Positions 25,380 to 38,962 are shown, counted from the first letter of the whole stretch. The stretch: 63,986 nucleotides of DNA, filler included, from Octopus bimaculoides (GCF_001194135.2; 6 parts of 6 records of this genome joined end to end with filler, not necessarily neighbours in it), one strand, 5' to 3'. A program made the numbers and translations. The notes: generated by a model not told the origin, from the letters alone.

Positions 25380-25560
25380 ATAACAACAGTAAACAATATG
25401 AAATAAGAAAACAAAAGACTTCAATACGCAAACAACGAGAGAAACAAATGGAAAACAGGACAAGTAATAAAATGATATAAAGAACGACCCATCCTCAGTT
25501 GTCGGTTGTCTATCTACTCCCCATTTCGAGCATTGAACGACAATGAGTCTTCGAAGACAG
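25380..25560 (-). repeat. Interspersed repeat, probable Penelope pseudo-LTR terminus
   Basis: Similar to 26070-26222; carries gctcgaaa and ctgagga motifs. Confidence 0.55.
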
Positions 25561-26069
25561 TTGCTCCCATAAGTACTAAAATAAAATTTGGGATTTATGG
25601 AGAGTCAAAGTTGGGAACAAAAACAGGAGACATACAAGGAAACCGAACGAAAACAAACAAAGGTCATCAGCCCAGAACGAGGGTAAAATAACGAACGCTG
25701 AAGAAATATTTTCTTTGACAAGAGAAACTATAGAAGAGAGAGATAGGGTACGTCCAGTACTTAAGACAATCCTGAAAGAAAAGAAAAGAAAGATGATCAC
25801 GTGAGGGAAAGGAAGATGCACAATGGTCACGCGTGAGCAACGAGAGAGAGTAAAGGAGAAAAAGGGGGCGAGTGAGAGACAGATAGAAAATGGTTAAGGG
25901 AGAAAAAAGGGAATTAGAGAAAGGACGAGAGAGAAAAGGATGGGAGAGAAAACAGTATAGAGTAGAGTCGCATCAGAAAGATTAAGATAAACTTACTTGG
26001 AAATGGATGCGTGGCGTTCAATCAAATATTAATGATATAAATAATATATAGATATAGAGATATAGATAC

Positions 26070-26222
26070 AGGACGTCACCAACAGTAAACAACATGAAAT
26101 ACGAAAACAAATGAGTTCAATACGCAAACAATGAGAGAAACAAATGGAAAACAGGACAAGTAACATAAAGAACGACCCTTCATCAGTTGTCGGCTGTCTA
26201 TCTACTCAGTTCGAGCATTTAT
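26070..26222 (-). repeat. Second copy of the same repeat
   Basis: Minus strand tgctcgaactgagtagatagacagccgacaaCTGATGAagggtcgttctttatg. Confidence 0.6.
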
Positions 26223-26262
26223 ATTATTGTTTGATTGAACACCACGCATCCATTTCCAAGAA

Positions 26263-26299
<37 letters not shown>

Positions 26300-26500
26300 C
26301 TCGCACTCCGTCGGTTACGACGACAAGCGTTCAAGTGGATACGATCAACAGAACAGCCTGCTCCTGAAATTAATCTGCAAATGGTTGAGTACTGCACATA
26401 CACACGTGCCCTTAACGAAGTTCTCAGCGAGATTCAGTGTGACACAGAATGTGACAAGGTTGGTCCTTTGAATTACACGTACGCACTCATTTTCGCCAGC
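26300..26500 (-). mobile_element. SINE family C, 3' part
   Basis: Aligns with 35370-35545. Confidence 0.8.
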
Positions 26501-27494
26501 TGAGCATATACGTGTATGTGCGTGTTTAAGCACTTGAACTAAAGAATTCAATGTAAGCATGACAAGAAAAACAATAATCAATACTTAAGATAGTGTCTAA
26601 CTATATTAGTTAAAACTAAAAATTCAAATTTCGGGTATAAGCTTTGCGTCACCGATTTTCGAACGAAATTTGTGTAATGAAACAAGAAACTATTAATAAG
26701 AATTTTCAGATCATAAAAACAAAAAGGAAGTATTTGGTTAGAAACATGTCTAAAGATAAAACCAAATGAATAAAATGTTTTAGTCGATTTCTATGCAAAG
26801 ATTAGGATCGAGTAATTGAGAGACAAATGAAAAGTAAGAAGGTAAATAACTGTATAATTCGATCGTATTGATTACAGATTTTTTTGAACATATTCGCAAA
26901 ATGTTATTCATGCTCAAATATTACAAAATATTAACAAAGAAATGTAAAGAGTTGAGAAAGTGAGAAAGAGAACGGATCACGTATTGAGGGAAAAAAATAA
27001 TCTTTCAAAGCACTGTCAGAAATCCTTCTACATTTCTAAAAGAGCCTGTAACTCGATAAAGCAAAGTAAAAGAGATAAGTGAAAAACACGAAAATCAAAA
27101 ACGGAAATTAAAGTATAGAATGTGATAACGTCGGAACATTCTTATTGATTATTTTTAATTGTGGATCTATCGTTGGAAAATTACATAGCAAATATTTCGC
27201 TTTATGCAAGCAAATATAAAGAATTCCATTTGTTGGAATCAAGCGGTTCCCCTCCTATTATATTATTTATTTTATTTTTAAAAAGTTGTATTTTTTTTTG
27301 CTTTGTTTTGTTTTGTTTTATAGTTCAGTATATCTATGCATATGCATTCAAATTTTTGTATTGGGTATCTCAGGGATAAAAACGTTCATGCTTTTTAAAC
27401 CGTGGAGTAAATATTAATAATGATTATAAAATTTATGGTAAATAATAATTATAATGTATACATATTCCCCACGAAGAGAGGAATTATGTAATAA

Positions 27495-27708
27495 TTCTTT
27501 CTATAATAGGTATAAGGACTGAAATTCTGAGTGAGAGGGAAGGTCGATTACATCGATCTCAGTACTCAACTGGTACTTATTTTATCGACTCCAAAAGGAT
27601 GAAAGGCAAAGTCGGCCTCAATGGAATTTGAACTGAGAACGAAATAGCAGATGAAATGCCGTTAAGCATTTCGCCCGGCGTTCTAACAATTCTGCCGGTT
27701 CGCCGTTT
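27495..27708 (-). mobile_element. SINE family A
   Basis: Near full-length copy. Confidence 0.88.
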
Positions 27709-29049
27709 TAGAAGATTNNNNNNNNNNNNNNNNNNNNNNNNNNNNNNNNNNNNNNNNNNNNNNNNNNNNNNNNNNNNNNNNNNNNNNNNNNNNNNNNNNN
27801 NNNNNNNNNNNNNNNNNNNNNNNNNNNNNNNNNNNNNNNNNNNNNNNNNNNNNNNNNNNNNNNNNNNNNNNNNNNNNNNNNNNNNNNNNNNNNNNNNNNN
27901 NNNNNNNNNNNNNNNNNNNNGAGAGAAAGAATGACTGAAAGGGACGCTGAGAGGGACGCTGAGAGAGAATGAGGGAGGAAGATAGTGGTGACTGAGTCAA
28001 TGAGTGATGTAGGGAGACAGATAGGGGAGGCAGACTGCAACCTTTAACTCCATTAACAATTTTCACTTTCTTTTTTACCTATAATCACTTTTCCCATTGT
28101 TTATTGTGTTATCTACTCTCAGTTACATATTGTCGTTTATTTCGTATTACACTTCCAAAATTTCACAAAAATAAATTAAAACCACACTGTTGTTATGCTG
28201 CTAATGTTCAAATCTCTTTTAATCAATAAATATTTAATCAATTCTTATTAATTTTTAAAATTATAATTGTTTTTATAATAGATTAATATAAATTCAATTA
28301 ACTTGTAAATTATATAAATATAATTTCATTTCACAAAGTTTACGAAGCAAAGTTAATAAAGAGTAGATTGTTCTGAATGGGAAACGAGTCGTGCTGATAA
28401 CGTCTGAATGACTGAGCCGTCTATCATAAAAGCCAGTAACCAATTAAAAAAGAAAAGAGGTTGAATTGCTATTTTAGTAGAATATTTAATCGATCCTCAT
28501 TATATTTTTAAAATTAAGTTGTTTTTTAATAATATACTCATTTAACTTGTAAAATATATGAATAAAAATTTCGACTCTCAAAGTATATGCTATCATAGAG
28601 AGAGGCTCCTTCAAATGGTATGCTTTTAATTTCGACTGTCGAAAAAAAAAACAGCGCTCCATTGAACAAACGATTTCGAAAAGAGCAGGGAATGAGTAGG
28701 TTTTATATACGTTACATTAATTACATTTTAAATAAGTATCGATATTAGATCAGAAAAAAATTTGTTCAACTAAAACGGTACAACTACATTTTAGCTGCAT
28801 AAATCCGAAAATATAATAGTTACTCTATATAAAGGAACATTTATGAATGTGCATGTATGATCGTTTATGCGTGTGTGAGTATGTGCGTGCGTGCGTGTGT
28901 ATGTGTTTATATTTATGCTTACACTGCTATCTATGTTGTGTTCCTTAATGTCCTGTAACTTAGCTAGTCTAGAAATAGATTGCGATCTGCAATCCATAAT
29001 GAATATACTGATAGGCAGATACACAGAAAAATAGATAGACAGACAGACA

Positions 29050-29084
<35 letters not shown>

Positions 29085-29132
29085 CTCATGTATGCACGCA
29101 CACACGTATGCACATACATACATACATACAAA

Positions 29133-29240
29133 CAAAAATACCCTGTTTTCGATGTTGAAATTCCAAAGGAGCCTTGGATCTAGGTTAGAAATCGACTCTT
29201 TCTCTATTGGCAAGAAATCTTGAAATAAAACTGAACAATG
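29133..29240 (+). mobile_element. Terminal 3' segment of an R4/Dong-like element embedded in (CATA)n
   Basis: aaaaataccctgtt...ctctattggcaagaaatcttgaaataaaactgaacaat matches the reverse complement of 60986-61077. Confidence 0.7.
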
Positions 29241-29343
29241 GCATACATACATACATACATACATACATACATACATACATACATACACACACTCATGCAT
29301 ACATACATACATACATACATACATACATACATACATACATACA

Positions 29344-29570
29344 AGGGGAATCTGGATAAACTGGGATTTTCAGCAAGAGAAATTGACCGGTTGATTCGAA
29401 CATTACAAGTCCAATCTGTGGGTGCAACAATAACAATATGCAAGACTTTTCTCAAATGTGAATTTGTCTGCGTTAACTACATCCCAAAGATGGAGCTTTG
29501 TATCTTTGTTGGAAACCGGCTCCCTCCTCGGTGGAAGATTTATAAATAAAAGATAGAAGAAACATACAAC
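29344..29570 (+). mobile_element. R4/Dong-like element 3' end
   Basis: GNLDKLGFSAREIDRLIRTLQVQSVGATITICKTFLK; the 3' UTR resembles that of 1330-1480. Confidence 0.78.
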
Positions 29571-29822
29571 ATATAGGTCTTCTCATGCAGAACGCCTTTG
29601 GGATCAAACATGAACAACAACCTAAAATTTAGAATTGCATGTCCAACTCCACCAAAAATAGCCAGTATTTGCTCTGGTTCTCTACGTTCTGAGTTCAAAT
29701 GCAGCCGAAATACTCTCTCTCTCTCTCTCTAAATAGGCTACATTCCACTGTCAGAAGAGTGACAGTGAGGACTCATCACAGTGTCCTTTCTCCAGAAATA
29801 GAGGTCGTTTATGATATATATA

Positions 29823-31135
29823 CGAGGGGGTACCCCAAAAAACTGGAATTTTACAATATTATTTTATTCCCTTAGTTTTATTTGTTTACACTTTTATTGC
29901 CTTCAAAGTATTCGCCATCTGATACAATGCATCGGTCTAGACGCGTTTTTCACTGTTCAAAGCAGTCTTGGAACTCCTGCGNNNNNNNNNNCGTTTTTGT
30001 TTTTTTCTTCACCTCTTCCACATCTGCAAAACGTTTTCCTTTAAGAGCTTTTTTTATTCGGTTGACAAAAAATTCGCAGGGAGCAAGATCGGGAAAATAA
30101 GGAGGGTGGATAAGTGGGGTCGCGCCATTTTTAGTCAAAAACTGTCTGAAACTTAAGGTAGTGTGCGCAGGCGCATTGTCGAGATGAAACCACCACTCTT
30201 CAATTTGTCATGGGTCGGGGCGATTTCGTCTCACCACGTGTCGCAAATGCTTCAGAACTGCCAAGTAAAATGTCTGGTTAACTGTTTGACCAGGAAAAAC
30301 AAATTCTGTGTGGACATTTCTTTCACATCGAAGAAACAAACCAGCATCGTCTTGACATTGGACTTCACTTGACGCGCTTTTGGGGTGGGGGCGTGGTGAC
30401 ATTGAATGCTTCGATTGACTTGATTGCTGCTTCATTTCTGCGTCGTAGCCGTAGCACCACTTTTTTGTCATCAGTGATGACTTTCGAATAAAGGTCCGGA
30501 TCAACTTCCAGCTATTCTTTCAGTTCACGACACGCATTCAGCCGTGACTGCTTTTGATCTTCTTTGAGCAAGCAAAGCACAAATTTTTCTGCAACTCTTT
30601 TCATTCGCAATTCCTTATTCAGAATTTGTTGGCAGGAGCTCCAGGATATACCAGTAATATCAACAAGTTCGTGAATTGTCCGGCGACGGTCCTCCAAGGT
30701 CAGTTCATGAATTTTCGTGATGTCTTCATTCGTTCGGGAGGTCGACAGTGACCCTGAACAAGATCGGTCTTCAACCGACAAGTGACCATTCCTAAAGCGT
30801 GAAAACAACTCGCAAACTTGTGTTTTGTTCATGACAGCGTTCTTGTAAGCTGTTTGAAGCATGACAACTGTTTCGCCCGCCGTTTTACCATGCAAAAAAC
30901 AGAATTTCATGGAAGCAGGATTTTCCTTCGTTTCAGCCATCACAAAATTCGACGAACAGAGAAGAAGCACTGCAAAACAAAGACGCACCATGTGACAGCA
31001 CGACTTCAAACCACGACGCCGGTCAGCAGACTAATGCCTGAGGGTTGCATCAGGTGGCTTCTAGAGGCGGAAGCCTGAACTAAAACGGGTTTGTCGCACA
31101 GAGAACGTTTCAGGTTACTTTTGCGTACTCCCTCA
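29823..31135 (-). mobile_element. Full-length mariner transposon (about 1313 bp; irritans-like TIRs), inactive
   Basis: TA|CGAGGGGGTACCCCAAAA ... TTTTGCGTACTCCCTCA|TA; TA TSD at 29821-29822 and 31136-31137. Confidence 0.9.
29878..30940 (-). pseudogene. Mariner transposase pseudogene
   Basis: MAETKENPASMKFCFLHGKTAGET..., KWCYGYDAEMKQQSSQ, HLDNAPAHT, IHPPYFPDLAPCEF, RLDRCIVSDGEYFEG. Frameshifted. Confidence 0.92.
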
Positions 31136-33040
31136 TATATATGTATATATATAGTCAATCCAAACATGAATAAATATATATATACATACACACATGTTTG
31201 TGCGTGTACATAGTATGTTGTCTCATATTAATCTAGTCTCAGCACATATACAATTGTCTCTGCAGAAACAGTTGCTTTGTGAAGATTCTTTTTTAAAATG
31301 TGGTGTCAGAGTGTTTTAAGTTGATTGCAAACTGCGATGGGTTTTTTTCCTACAACCATCACAAGTTACAAACTTTACAACTTGTTATTCAAAGCCATTT
31401 GAGAGGTAAGTGTAAGGATACAAATCGAAGCGCTCCCTTTTGGTTAGTTGCCAGGTACCAGATTAATTTGCTCATCTATGAATATTTATGTATATACACA
31501 ATGCTGCATATAATATGTGTATGTGCGCATATATGCAATTTGGTCATATTTATACCAATACGCATGTGTACTTGTATAATATTAAATATTCGCTTACTCA
31601 TAAAACAAAGCTAGTAATAATATTCGCTTACTCATAAAATAGAGCCAGTAATATCATATACAATTTCATTATATTCTGCGAAAATTAGATTCCTTTCCAG
31701 GCAGTTTCTAGAACACTGTTCAATGTTGAATAGCGTACTCATGTTCTCGAAGCGATCCCAGTAGTCAAAAACACTGAAATGCTAAATGCGAAAAGCTTGT
31801 CCCTTAGATATAATTATGATGTGATCTACATAGAATCTACATAGATGATATCTATATTTCACGACTATCATTGTGTAAGGATATTTGTAAAGGTATTATG
31901 TTACATGTGTTAAAATGTTCGAGATCGAGCAAGTGTTAACACTACTTAAAATGCTTAGCTATATCCTACAAGAAATATTTGCTCGTTTTCTATAATACTT
32001 TTATATATTTACAAGACCAGGGGTTAGCGATTCATAGTTAATATTGTATCCACGATCAAGATACTTAAATCACTCGACCGGCCAAGTTCACCTAGCCCTA
32101 TGTAATTATTACAGAATGGTCTTCTTTATTGCTGTAAGTTTATCAGTACTAAATTTTGTTGAGTTACATTGCTGAGTTTGATTCCCGAATGAAAAACTAT
32201 ATTCATTAGACTAGTGACCTATTTAAGGATAGATTATAGACTAGATTTACTTAATGCTTCAGAAACTGGAGCTGAATACCTCTCCTTTGAATCTATGTAG
32301 AATAGATTGGAATAGATGAACTTACTCAGTATGCTATGGTTGTGTAGTAGCAGCTGAGACAGTACTGTAACAGCCTCTAGTGAAATCAATGTTTTGTATC
32401 GCAGCACAGCAGTTGTGGTCTGTTTCTAACATTGACTCTTAATTTTTAATGTCTCCATTCGTAAGACAAACATAGCGATAAATAAGTATCCAAGTAAAAT
32501 ACAGTACACAGTTTTACATATGTTTACTACATAATTTACAAGTTCTGTTAGCTTGCAGGGCTAGGTACAGCATGCAAAAGTAAACTCATTAAACTCAGTT
32601 AGCAAGATACTGAAATGTCTCCACTAACACATTTCCAAGATAAATCTTTTAGTTATGCAATTTCACGGCAACTCAAGAAGCATTTCTCTAAAATGTCAAC
32701 ATTTTTTTATTACTTTTTTTCAGCTTTTATTAATTAATAAACATAATTTATTGATAGAAATATTACCATCATGCTTTTTCAACCTCTACTTTTAACTTAT
32801 TCTATCATTTTTTTATTGCTGTATTCGGTATTGTGTTACCTTGAACGTAATCGGTGTTATATCATGTCAAAAACATCCACCTCCACCCGCTTTCTATATA
32901 TAACCTACTTATTCTGACTCTCATTGCAGGCTACACATATATCCATAAACTCTCTTTGTTTCATAGTGATATATATTACTGCACCTTTAGGTCTCTCTTC
33001 CTCTCCCTCCCTTTCTCTCTCTTTCTCGCTTTCTCCGTCG

Positions 33041-33075
<35 letters not shown>

Positions 33076-33469
33076 ACTCTCTCTTTATATTTCTTTCTTT
33101 AATGGAATTTATAATACTTTGAGATGGGGGAAAACTTTTAATATCAGTTTAAGCAAGATCCATATACTAGACTTGCATAGTAATGAAGGATAACATACTG
33201 TAGAAAGACTCGTACATATACAAATACTCTAAATAACACATGCATATATGTACAAACCCATACAAGCATGTGTGCATAATATATAGATTGCACCGCGGTT
33301 GCTCATCGTGTAGTGTGTATGCGCATGGTTATGACTAGCGATTAAATAGAAAAATAAAGTAATATATATTTCTTATAAGAAAATTGACCGAAGCATAAGA
33401 TATTTCTAATAAGAAAGAAAACATTACTCGGTCAGGATAAAAGTAATTGCTTCTTATCGCAACAAGAAG

Positions 33470-33570
33470 CTAGCAATTTTAGAGGTGGGGATCTAGTCAA
33501 TACCATCCACTCCAGTACTCGAGTGATACTTTATTTTGTGGAGCCTGGAGAAATGAAAGACGAAGTCTCA
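33470..33570 (-). mobile_element. SINE family A fragment
   Basis: ccagtactcgagtgatactttattttgtggagcctggagaaatgaaagacgaagtc is a diverged core. Confidence 0.55.
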
Positions 33571-33785
33571 CAAGAAAGAGCAAGGCATGTAAGATGCGAA
33601 ATGTAAAGATAATCCACGATTAATGTTTGGACATATTCCGTAAGCAAATAATGGAATCAGAGCAGAAAAGCAAAGAGACGACATACTCCAGAGAGAGAGA
33701 GAAAGAATAAGTGAGTGAGTGAGTGAGTGAGAGCGGGAGAGAGGGAGAAACACTGTCTGGTGTTGCTAAATATAGCAATTTTTAT

Positions 33786-34070
33786 TTAGAAGCGACTCTG
33801 AAATGTGTTCTCAGTAAAGACAATATAATTATTTGAAGCCAATCTATAGAGGTTACCGTTGTACATTACAAAAGTTCCATATGAGATGCTATCGAAAGGA
33901 AAATAAGTGACGTTACTACAACTGCTGTGAGATGATGAATATTTAGTATTTCTATAAGCGTAATTGTTGCTATTGATCTTGGTTTGGGGAGTAGCCATAT
34001 TTTGGGTACAACTGTAGATGACTTTGAAATCACTTTTATTGAGGAGTTTACGATAAAAATGATTACTTAG
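33786..34070 (-). mobile_element. Penelope-like linker/GIY-YIG fragment
   Basis: NHFYRKLLNKSDFKVIYSCTQNM...YIVFTENTFQSRF resembles PLE KIFNRNNVKVSYSCMPN...YIGxTExxFKxRF. Confidence 0.7.
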
Positions 34071-34187
34071 GAAATGTTTGTGAATAAGATAAGGGAAGCT
34101 TGTGGCTATATTAGATTACACGTTTTAACAGAAAGAAAAATTAAATCAAATAATCTTTCTGTTCCTGTTTATATATATTTACTTATA

Positions 34188-34229
<42 letters not shown>

Positions 34230-34236
34230 CATTATT

Positions 34237-34277
<41 letters not shown>

Positions 34278-34305
34278 CATCATCATTATTATATTATTGT
34301 TGTTG

Positions 34306-34365
<60 letters not shown>
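34188..34365. repeat. Compound trinucleotide microsatellite (TAT)n(CAT)n(TGT)n(TAT)n
   Basis: Direct reading. Confidence 0.97.
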
Positions 34366-34366
<1 letters not shown>

Positions 34367-34708
34367 GTACAATCAATGTATTGGGTGTATATCCGAATGC
34401 AGCGATTACTATGAAGTTAAATCACGCCTGATAGAAGAAAACTCAAATACACTCTAAGAATATTATTCAACACAGAACAATCTGCACCTTCCTGATATGA
34501 CAAGAGATATTACATCTGTTTTAGATAGACAGTTGGAGAAAGAGAGAGAGGAAGAGAGATTTATATAGACATATACACTTACGTTTAAACATAAATACAA
34601 CCTGTATACAAAAACTCATACATACACACATACATAAGTACTGGATCACATAAAATAATACGTTATTTCTATATAGTGTTATTTCTATACAACTATATTT
34701 TTAAAAAA

Positions 34709-35055
34709 AGCTAGTTCTAAAACCTCTCTGAGAGATGAGCGCTGTAGTTGTACTAGCAAGTAATGTTCGTAGCCACGGAGTTTACTGCGAATTTTTAACC
34801 CCAAGAGGATATCTGTTCCAGCTGGTTAACGACGCACAACTCCATCCGATATATTACGAGCAGGGGAGCGTACCCGTGCCACCTTCTAGCGACGGGACCA
34901 GCAGACCAGCCTGGTTTTGGGCTATTTCTGCTTCTCGTCAGTACTGGATACTTCGTCTGCTATAGATGGCAGTAGCTCGCCTTTGCTCGCAATATATCTG
35001 AATTCAAGCGACACAAATATTGCTGATTTTGTAAGCAAAACAGCTAGTTCTAAAA
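34709..35055 (-). mobile_element. 319-bp GC-richer insertion with a 14-bp target-site duplication, probably a truncated LINE 3' end
   Basis: agctagttctaaaa at 34709-34722 and 35042-35055. Family and strand are only tentatively RTE-like. Confidence 0.55.
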
Positions 35056-35367
35056 TCTAAGAGTCCGATCTTTGATATACACTCCTAAGTACTATCATCA
35101 GCAAAGAATGCGGCCTAAAATAAATGATAAATGCTGATACATACATACACACCTATTCATATTATATATGCATATATACATATATGTATACATATATGTA
35201 TATNNNNNNNNNNNNNNNNNNNNNNNNNNNNNNNNNATATATATATATATATATAATAGGCGTGTATGTGTGTGTATGTATATATTGCCGTTCATATATA
35301 CATACATATGCATATATATACATATATTTATACATACATATACATGTTTGTATGTATGTATGTATGT

Positions 35368-35750
35368 TGTTGGCACTCCGTCGCTTACGACGTCGAGGGT
35401 TCCAGTTGATCCGATCAACGGAACAGCCTGCTCGTGAAATTAACGTGCAAGTGGCTGAGCACTCCACAGATACATGTACTCTTAACATAGTTCTCGAGGA
35501 TATTCAGCGTGACACAGTGTGACAAGGCTGGCCCTTTGAATTACAGGTACAACAGAAACAGGAAGTAAGAGTGAGAGAAAGTTGTGGTGAAAGAGTACAG
35601 CAGGGTTCACCACCATCCCCTGCCGGAGCCTCGTGGAGCTTTAGGTGTTTTTCGCTTAATAAACACTCACAACGCCCGGTCTGGAAATCGAAACAGCGAA
35701 CCTATGACCGCGAGTCCGCTGCCCTAACCACTGGGCCATTGCGCCTCCAC
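35368..35750 (-). mobile_element. Full-length tRNA-derived SINE family C
   Basis: Minus strand starts GTGGAGGCGCAATGGCCCAGTGGTTAGGGCAGCGGACTCGCGG with A-box and B-box-like gtttcgatttcc; sits between TATG and TG tracts. Confidence 0.88.
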
Positions 35751-35761
35751 ATGTATGTATG

Positions 35762-35768
35762 TGTATGC

Positions 35769-35863
<95 letters not shown>
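35762..35863. repeat. (TG)n microsatellite
   Basis: Direct reading. Confidence 0.98.
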
Positions 35864-35865
<2 letters not shown>

Positions 35866-37129
35866 GCTAAGCTCACGAAAAACATTCTCTATCATTGCTA
35901 GCTGTCGCTAGTATGTCCCGCTTATATTTGAGCCTTTTCGTAAAGATCTTTTTAAATTTCTTTTAATAGACTGCACAAAAGAAAAAAGCTATCAGTCAGT
36001 CACAGTTGGATTGCTTTCACACTCTGAAGTTTTCACTCGTGCCACATCGACCCATTCGTGTATCAATTTCGTAATTTCTTTAAGTACTGATTTTTTAAAT
36101 TATTCATTGCTCTTGTTGTCCCACCTTGTTACGCTTGTCACGTAGACGTAAAGCGATTCCACGAGATATTAAAACAAAGATTATAAAAATAGTATGAAGG
36201 GAAGTAAAGGAAATATTGTTGCAGAATTAGAACTTGCACTGCCAACCGTAGAAAACTATAATTAATTAATATGACAACAGTTACCATGCAAATTTCAAAG
36301 TGTGTGTCACGCTTGTGAACGAAAGCATAAACTTAATAAAATGATGGGAAATATAAATTTTTTTTTTTTTAATATTTGGAAGGTTGATGTGTCACAATGT
36401 CACTAAGCACTCTCGCAGGCCATTAGCCGGTAGAAGGCGTTAAATTTATTTAATCAATTGAAGAAAGATGCTGAGCAAGTCACTCAAACGTTTGCTATTT
36501 ACTTCTCGTGGATTGTTTGAAAAGTTCAAGATACGATCTAATCACTATAGTATTTGGATAACAGAGAAATCAGCAAGTGCTAGCATCCAGACTGCACAGT
36601 TGCAGTATATCATAGAAAGAGTTAAATATTCACTAGAGCTAGTTTCAAATGTAGATGAATATGGACTGTTTTCAAAACGTTTACCCTAAAAGATTTGTCT
36701 CAAATAGGTAAACATGATACCAAAATATAACGTAGCAAATCATCGTCTGATATTACTTTTAGAGACAAATACCACTGGAGACTGGAAACTTAAACTATTG
36801 TTTGTTGATTATTCTGATATCCTAATGATACAAGGTCTCCAAAGTTAGTTATACTGAAACCTAACGGGAAAAGATTGAGATACATAGAATGTGTCTATTA
36901 TTGTTAAACTTTACTGCTATTGTGAAAAGAATTTCGAGCACAAGAACTTCTACATTTGGACAGAGCTCTAGTTTATTCTTAAATCTCGATTCACTGTAAA
37001 CGTGAGTACGTAGTGAAGTTGTTTTCATTCCAATAAACACGTCACTACTACAGGCTATGGATCAGGGAGTAAGTTCTTTCTGTTTTGAAGTATATTATCT
37101 TAAAGAAATTTAAATAAGTTGATTACAGC

Positions 37130-37700
37130 AGCTGATGGTAAGTACGGTCTGGTAGTCTGTAGAAAACTACAGACACAAATGCAACAAATACATAAGAGAA
37201 TACACCCAATAAACATGCACAAATCACACGTAAAAATCTATTATATGAACCAAATTCCGAACATCTATCGAACAGACGAATACATAATTTTAAAAAACCA
37301 TAAGACAAAACACAAAATGCATCACAGTTGACTATAAATTAGAACTAAGAATATGTGCTACAAAAGCCGCAAAAGCAAAGTGCCATTTATGGATAACACC
37401 CTACAACCCTGTAAACCCCAGAACAAACAACAGATGACTAACATAATATGCGAATTTGGCTATTATACTAAAAGTTTTCAGGACTCCAGCTATTACAATG
37501 AATATACTAATACAATACTATCTCATAGGCTCACAATGCATTCACAGCAAAGAGCGATCGCAACACACCACCACAGACTAGAAAATTAAAAATTAGGAAA
37601 ATACTCAATGAAATTCCTCACAAAATTGAATATTAATCATGAAGCTTATATGTCAGAAATATCTCCGTCAAATTCCATTAGTCTAACAATATTTTTACCA
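37130..37700 (+). mobile_element. Penelope-like GIY-YIG region, decayed
   Basis: VKIYYMNQIPNIYRTDEYII, TNIICEF, SYYNEYTNTILSHRLTMHSQQRAIATHH resemble PLE YIGxTxxxLxxRLTMHxQxGAIxxH. Confidence 0.65.
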
Positions 37701-37719
37701 ATATATAGCAATGCTGTTA

Positions 37720-38100
37720 CTCTCATAAAATATAAAAATCAGGTTTTGTTAATAGGTGTCTCCGGAACATTCTTCAGTTGAAATGGTGAGATAAACTTTC
37801 GAACAAAACCATATGAGAGCAGGTGAACCAGCAATTTAGGTCAAGAGGAGAAAATGGGATTGGCTGAAATGCAACCTATAGAAATTTATTTCCAAGATTA
37901 TATATTACTAGGCAAGCCCTCCGATGGACACCACAAGGGCGGCGGAAGCGTAGCACCAAAACAACATGGAGTAGGTTCATAGGAACAGAAGCACTAGCAA
38001 GCAGCTACACTTAGATACAATTGCAATCCATTGCCAAAAATAAAGACAGATGGAGAGCTCTTGTTGGCACCTTATTCTCCACATGGAATCAAAGCAATTT
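37720..38100 (+). mobile_element. RTE-like LINE 3' end
   Basis: VKRRKWDWL, QALRWTPQGRRKRSTKTTW, QLQSIAKNKDRWRALVGTLFST. Confidence 0.75.
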
Positions 38101-38962
38101 AGATGTAGCGGGATTATTTAGGAAGAACGTATCTGATGTATTTCACATTTTACAACACATTAGTACGTGGACTCCTGTTTAATAATTTTTGTAATAAAGT
38201 CTTTTGAAATCGTCTGTAAATAACAAAACAATGACATTTATACTTCTAATAATGAACACCGAAAAGAAAAATGGAACCTCGAGCAATCTAGTTCCAACGA
38301 AAATACATAATATAATACAAACAGAGATAGGACTCTATTGTAAGTGGTCAAAATAAGGAATGTGTATTCAACATTGAAAACATTACTATAGTACTGTTTC
38401 ACTTCCTGAAACTGTGAAATGCTATTGATTCAATTTTATGAACACGACAATACAATATATGCAAACAAAATATATTTCTATACATGGTTGTACTTACGCT
38501 TCTTTACTACACTATCTATATTGACTTCACTTTCACTTTCTCACATCTTTTCGCTCCTTCCTTCTCATTCAGACTCGTTCATTCTAGAAGTGAAGAAAAA
38601 TGGAGTGAAAGAAAAATAACGAGTATGTAATATTCAAGAAAATAACTCAGATATAGATGAGACTCCATCAGTCTCCATTGAATCCCGAAAGTGTTACAGG
38701 ACCCTTTCATTTTATAAATAATATGTGTGTATAAGTTGTATATTTGTATGTGTGTATGCGTGTGTACATGTGTGTTATCTATTGACGAGTGTATATAGGT
38801 CTATATATATGTATTTCGTATGAATATGTGTAGATAGTTATCTGTTGGCATGTATATAGACCTCTGCGCGCGCGCGCGTGGAGTGCATCTGTTAACAGAC
38901 GAATGTAGATTTGAATACGTGTACACGTGTGCGTTTGCGTGTAATTTGCTGATAGATGTATA

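Noticed and set aside
29990-30150. D34E instead of D34D in the second mariner
   Set aside because: A single-base change in a frameshifted dead copy; all other motifs are mariner-type.
31366-31411. Strong + donor gagag|gtaagt
   Set aside because: Only a 40-bp weak candidate exon upstream, with no coding signal.
31587-31655. 34-bp tandem duplication
   Set aside because: Simple local slippage duplication with no further structure.
31640-32530. Possible LINE RT remnant (IYIDDIYI-like words)
   Set aside because: Too degraded to assign family or strand by eye.
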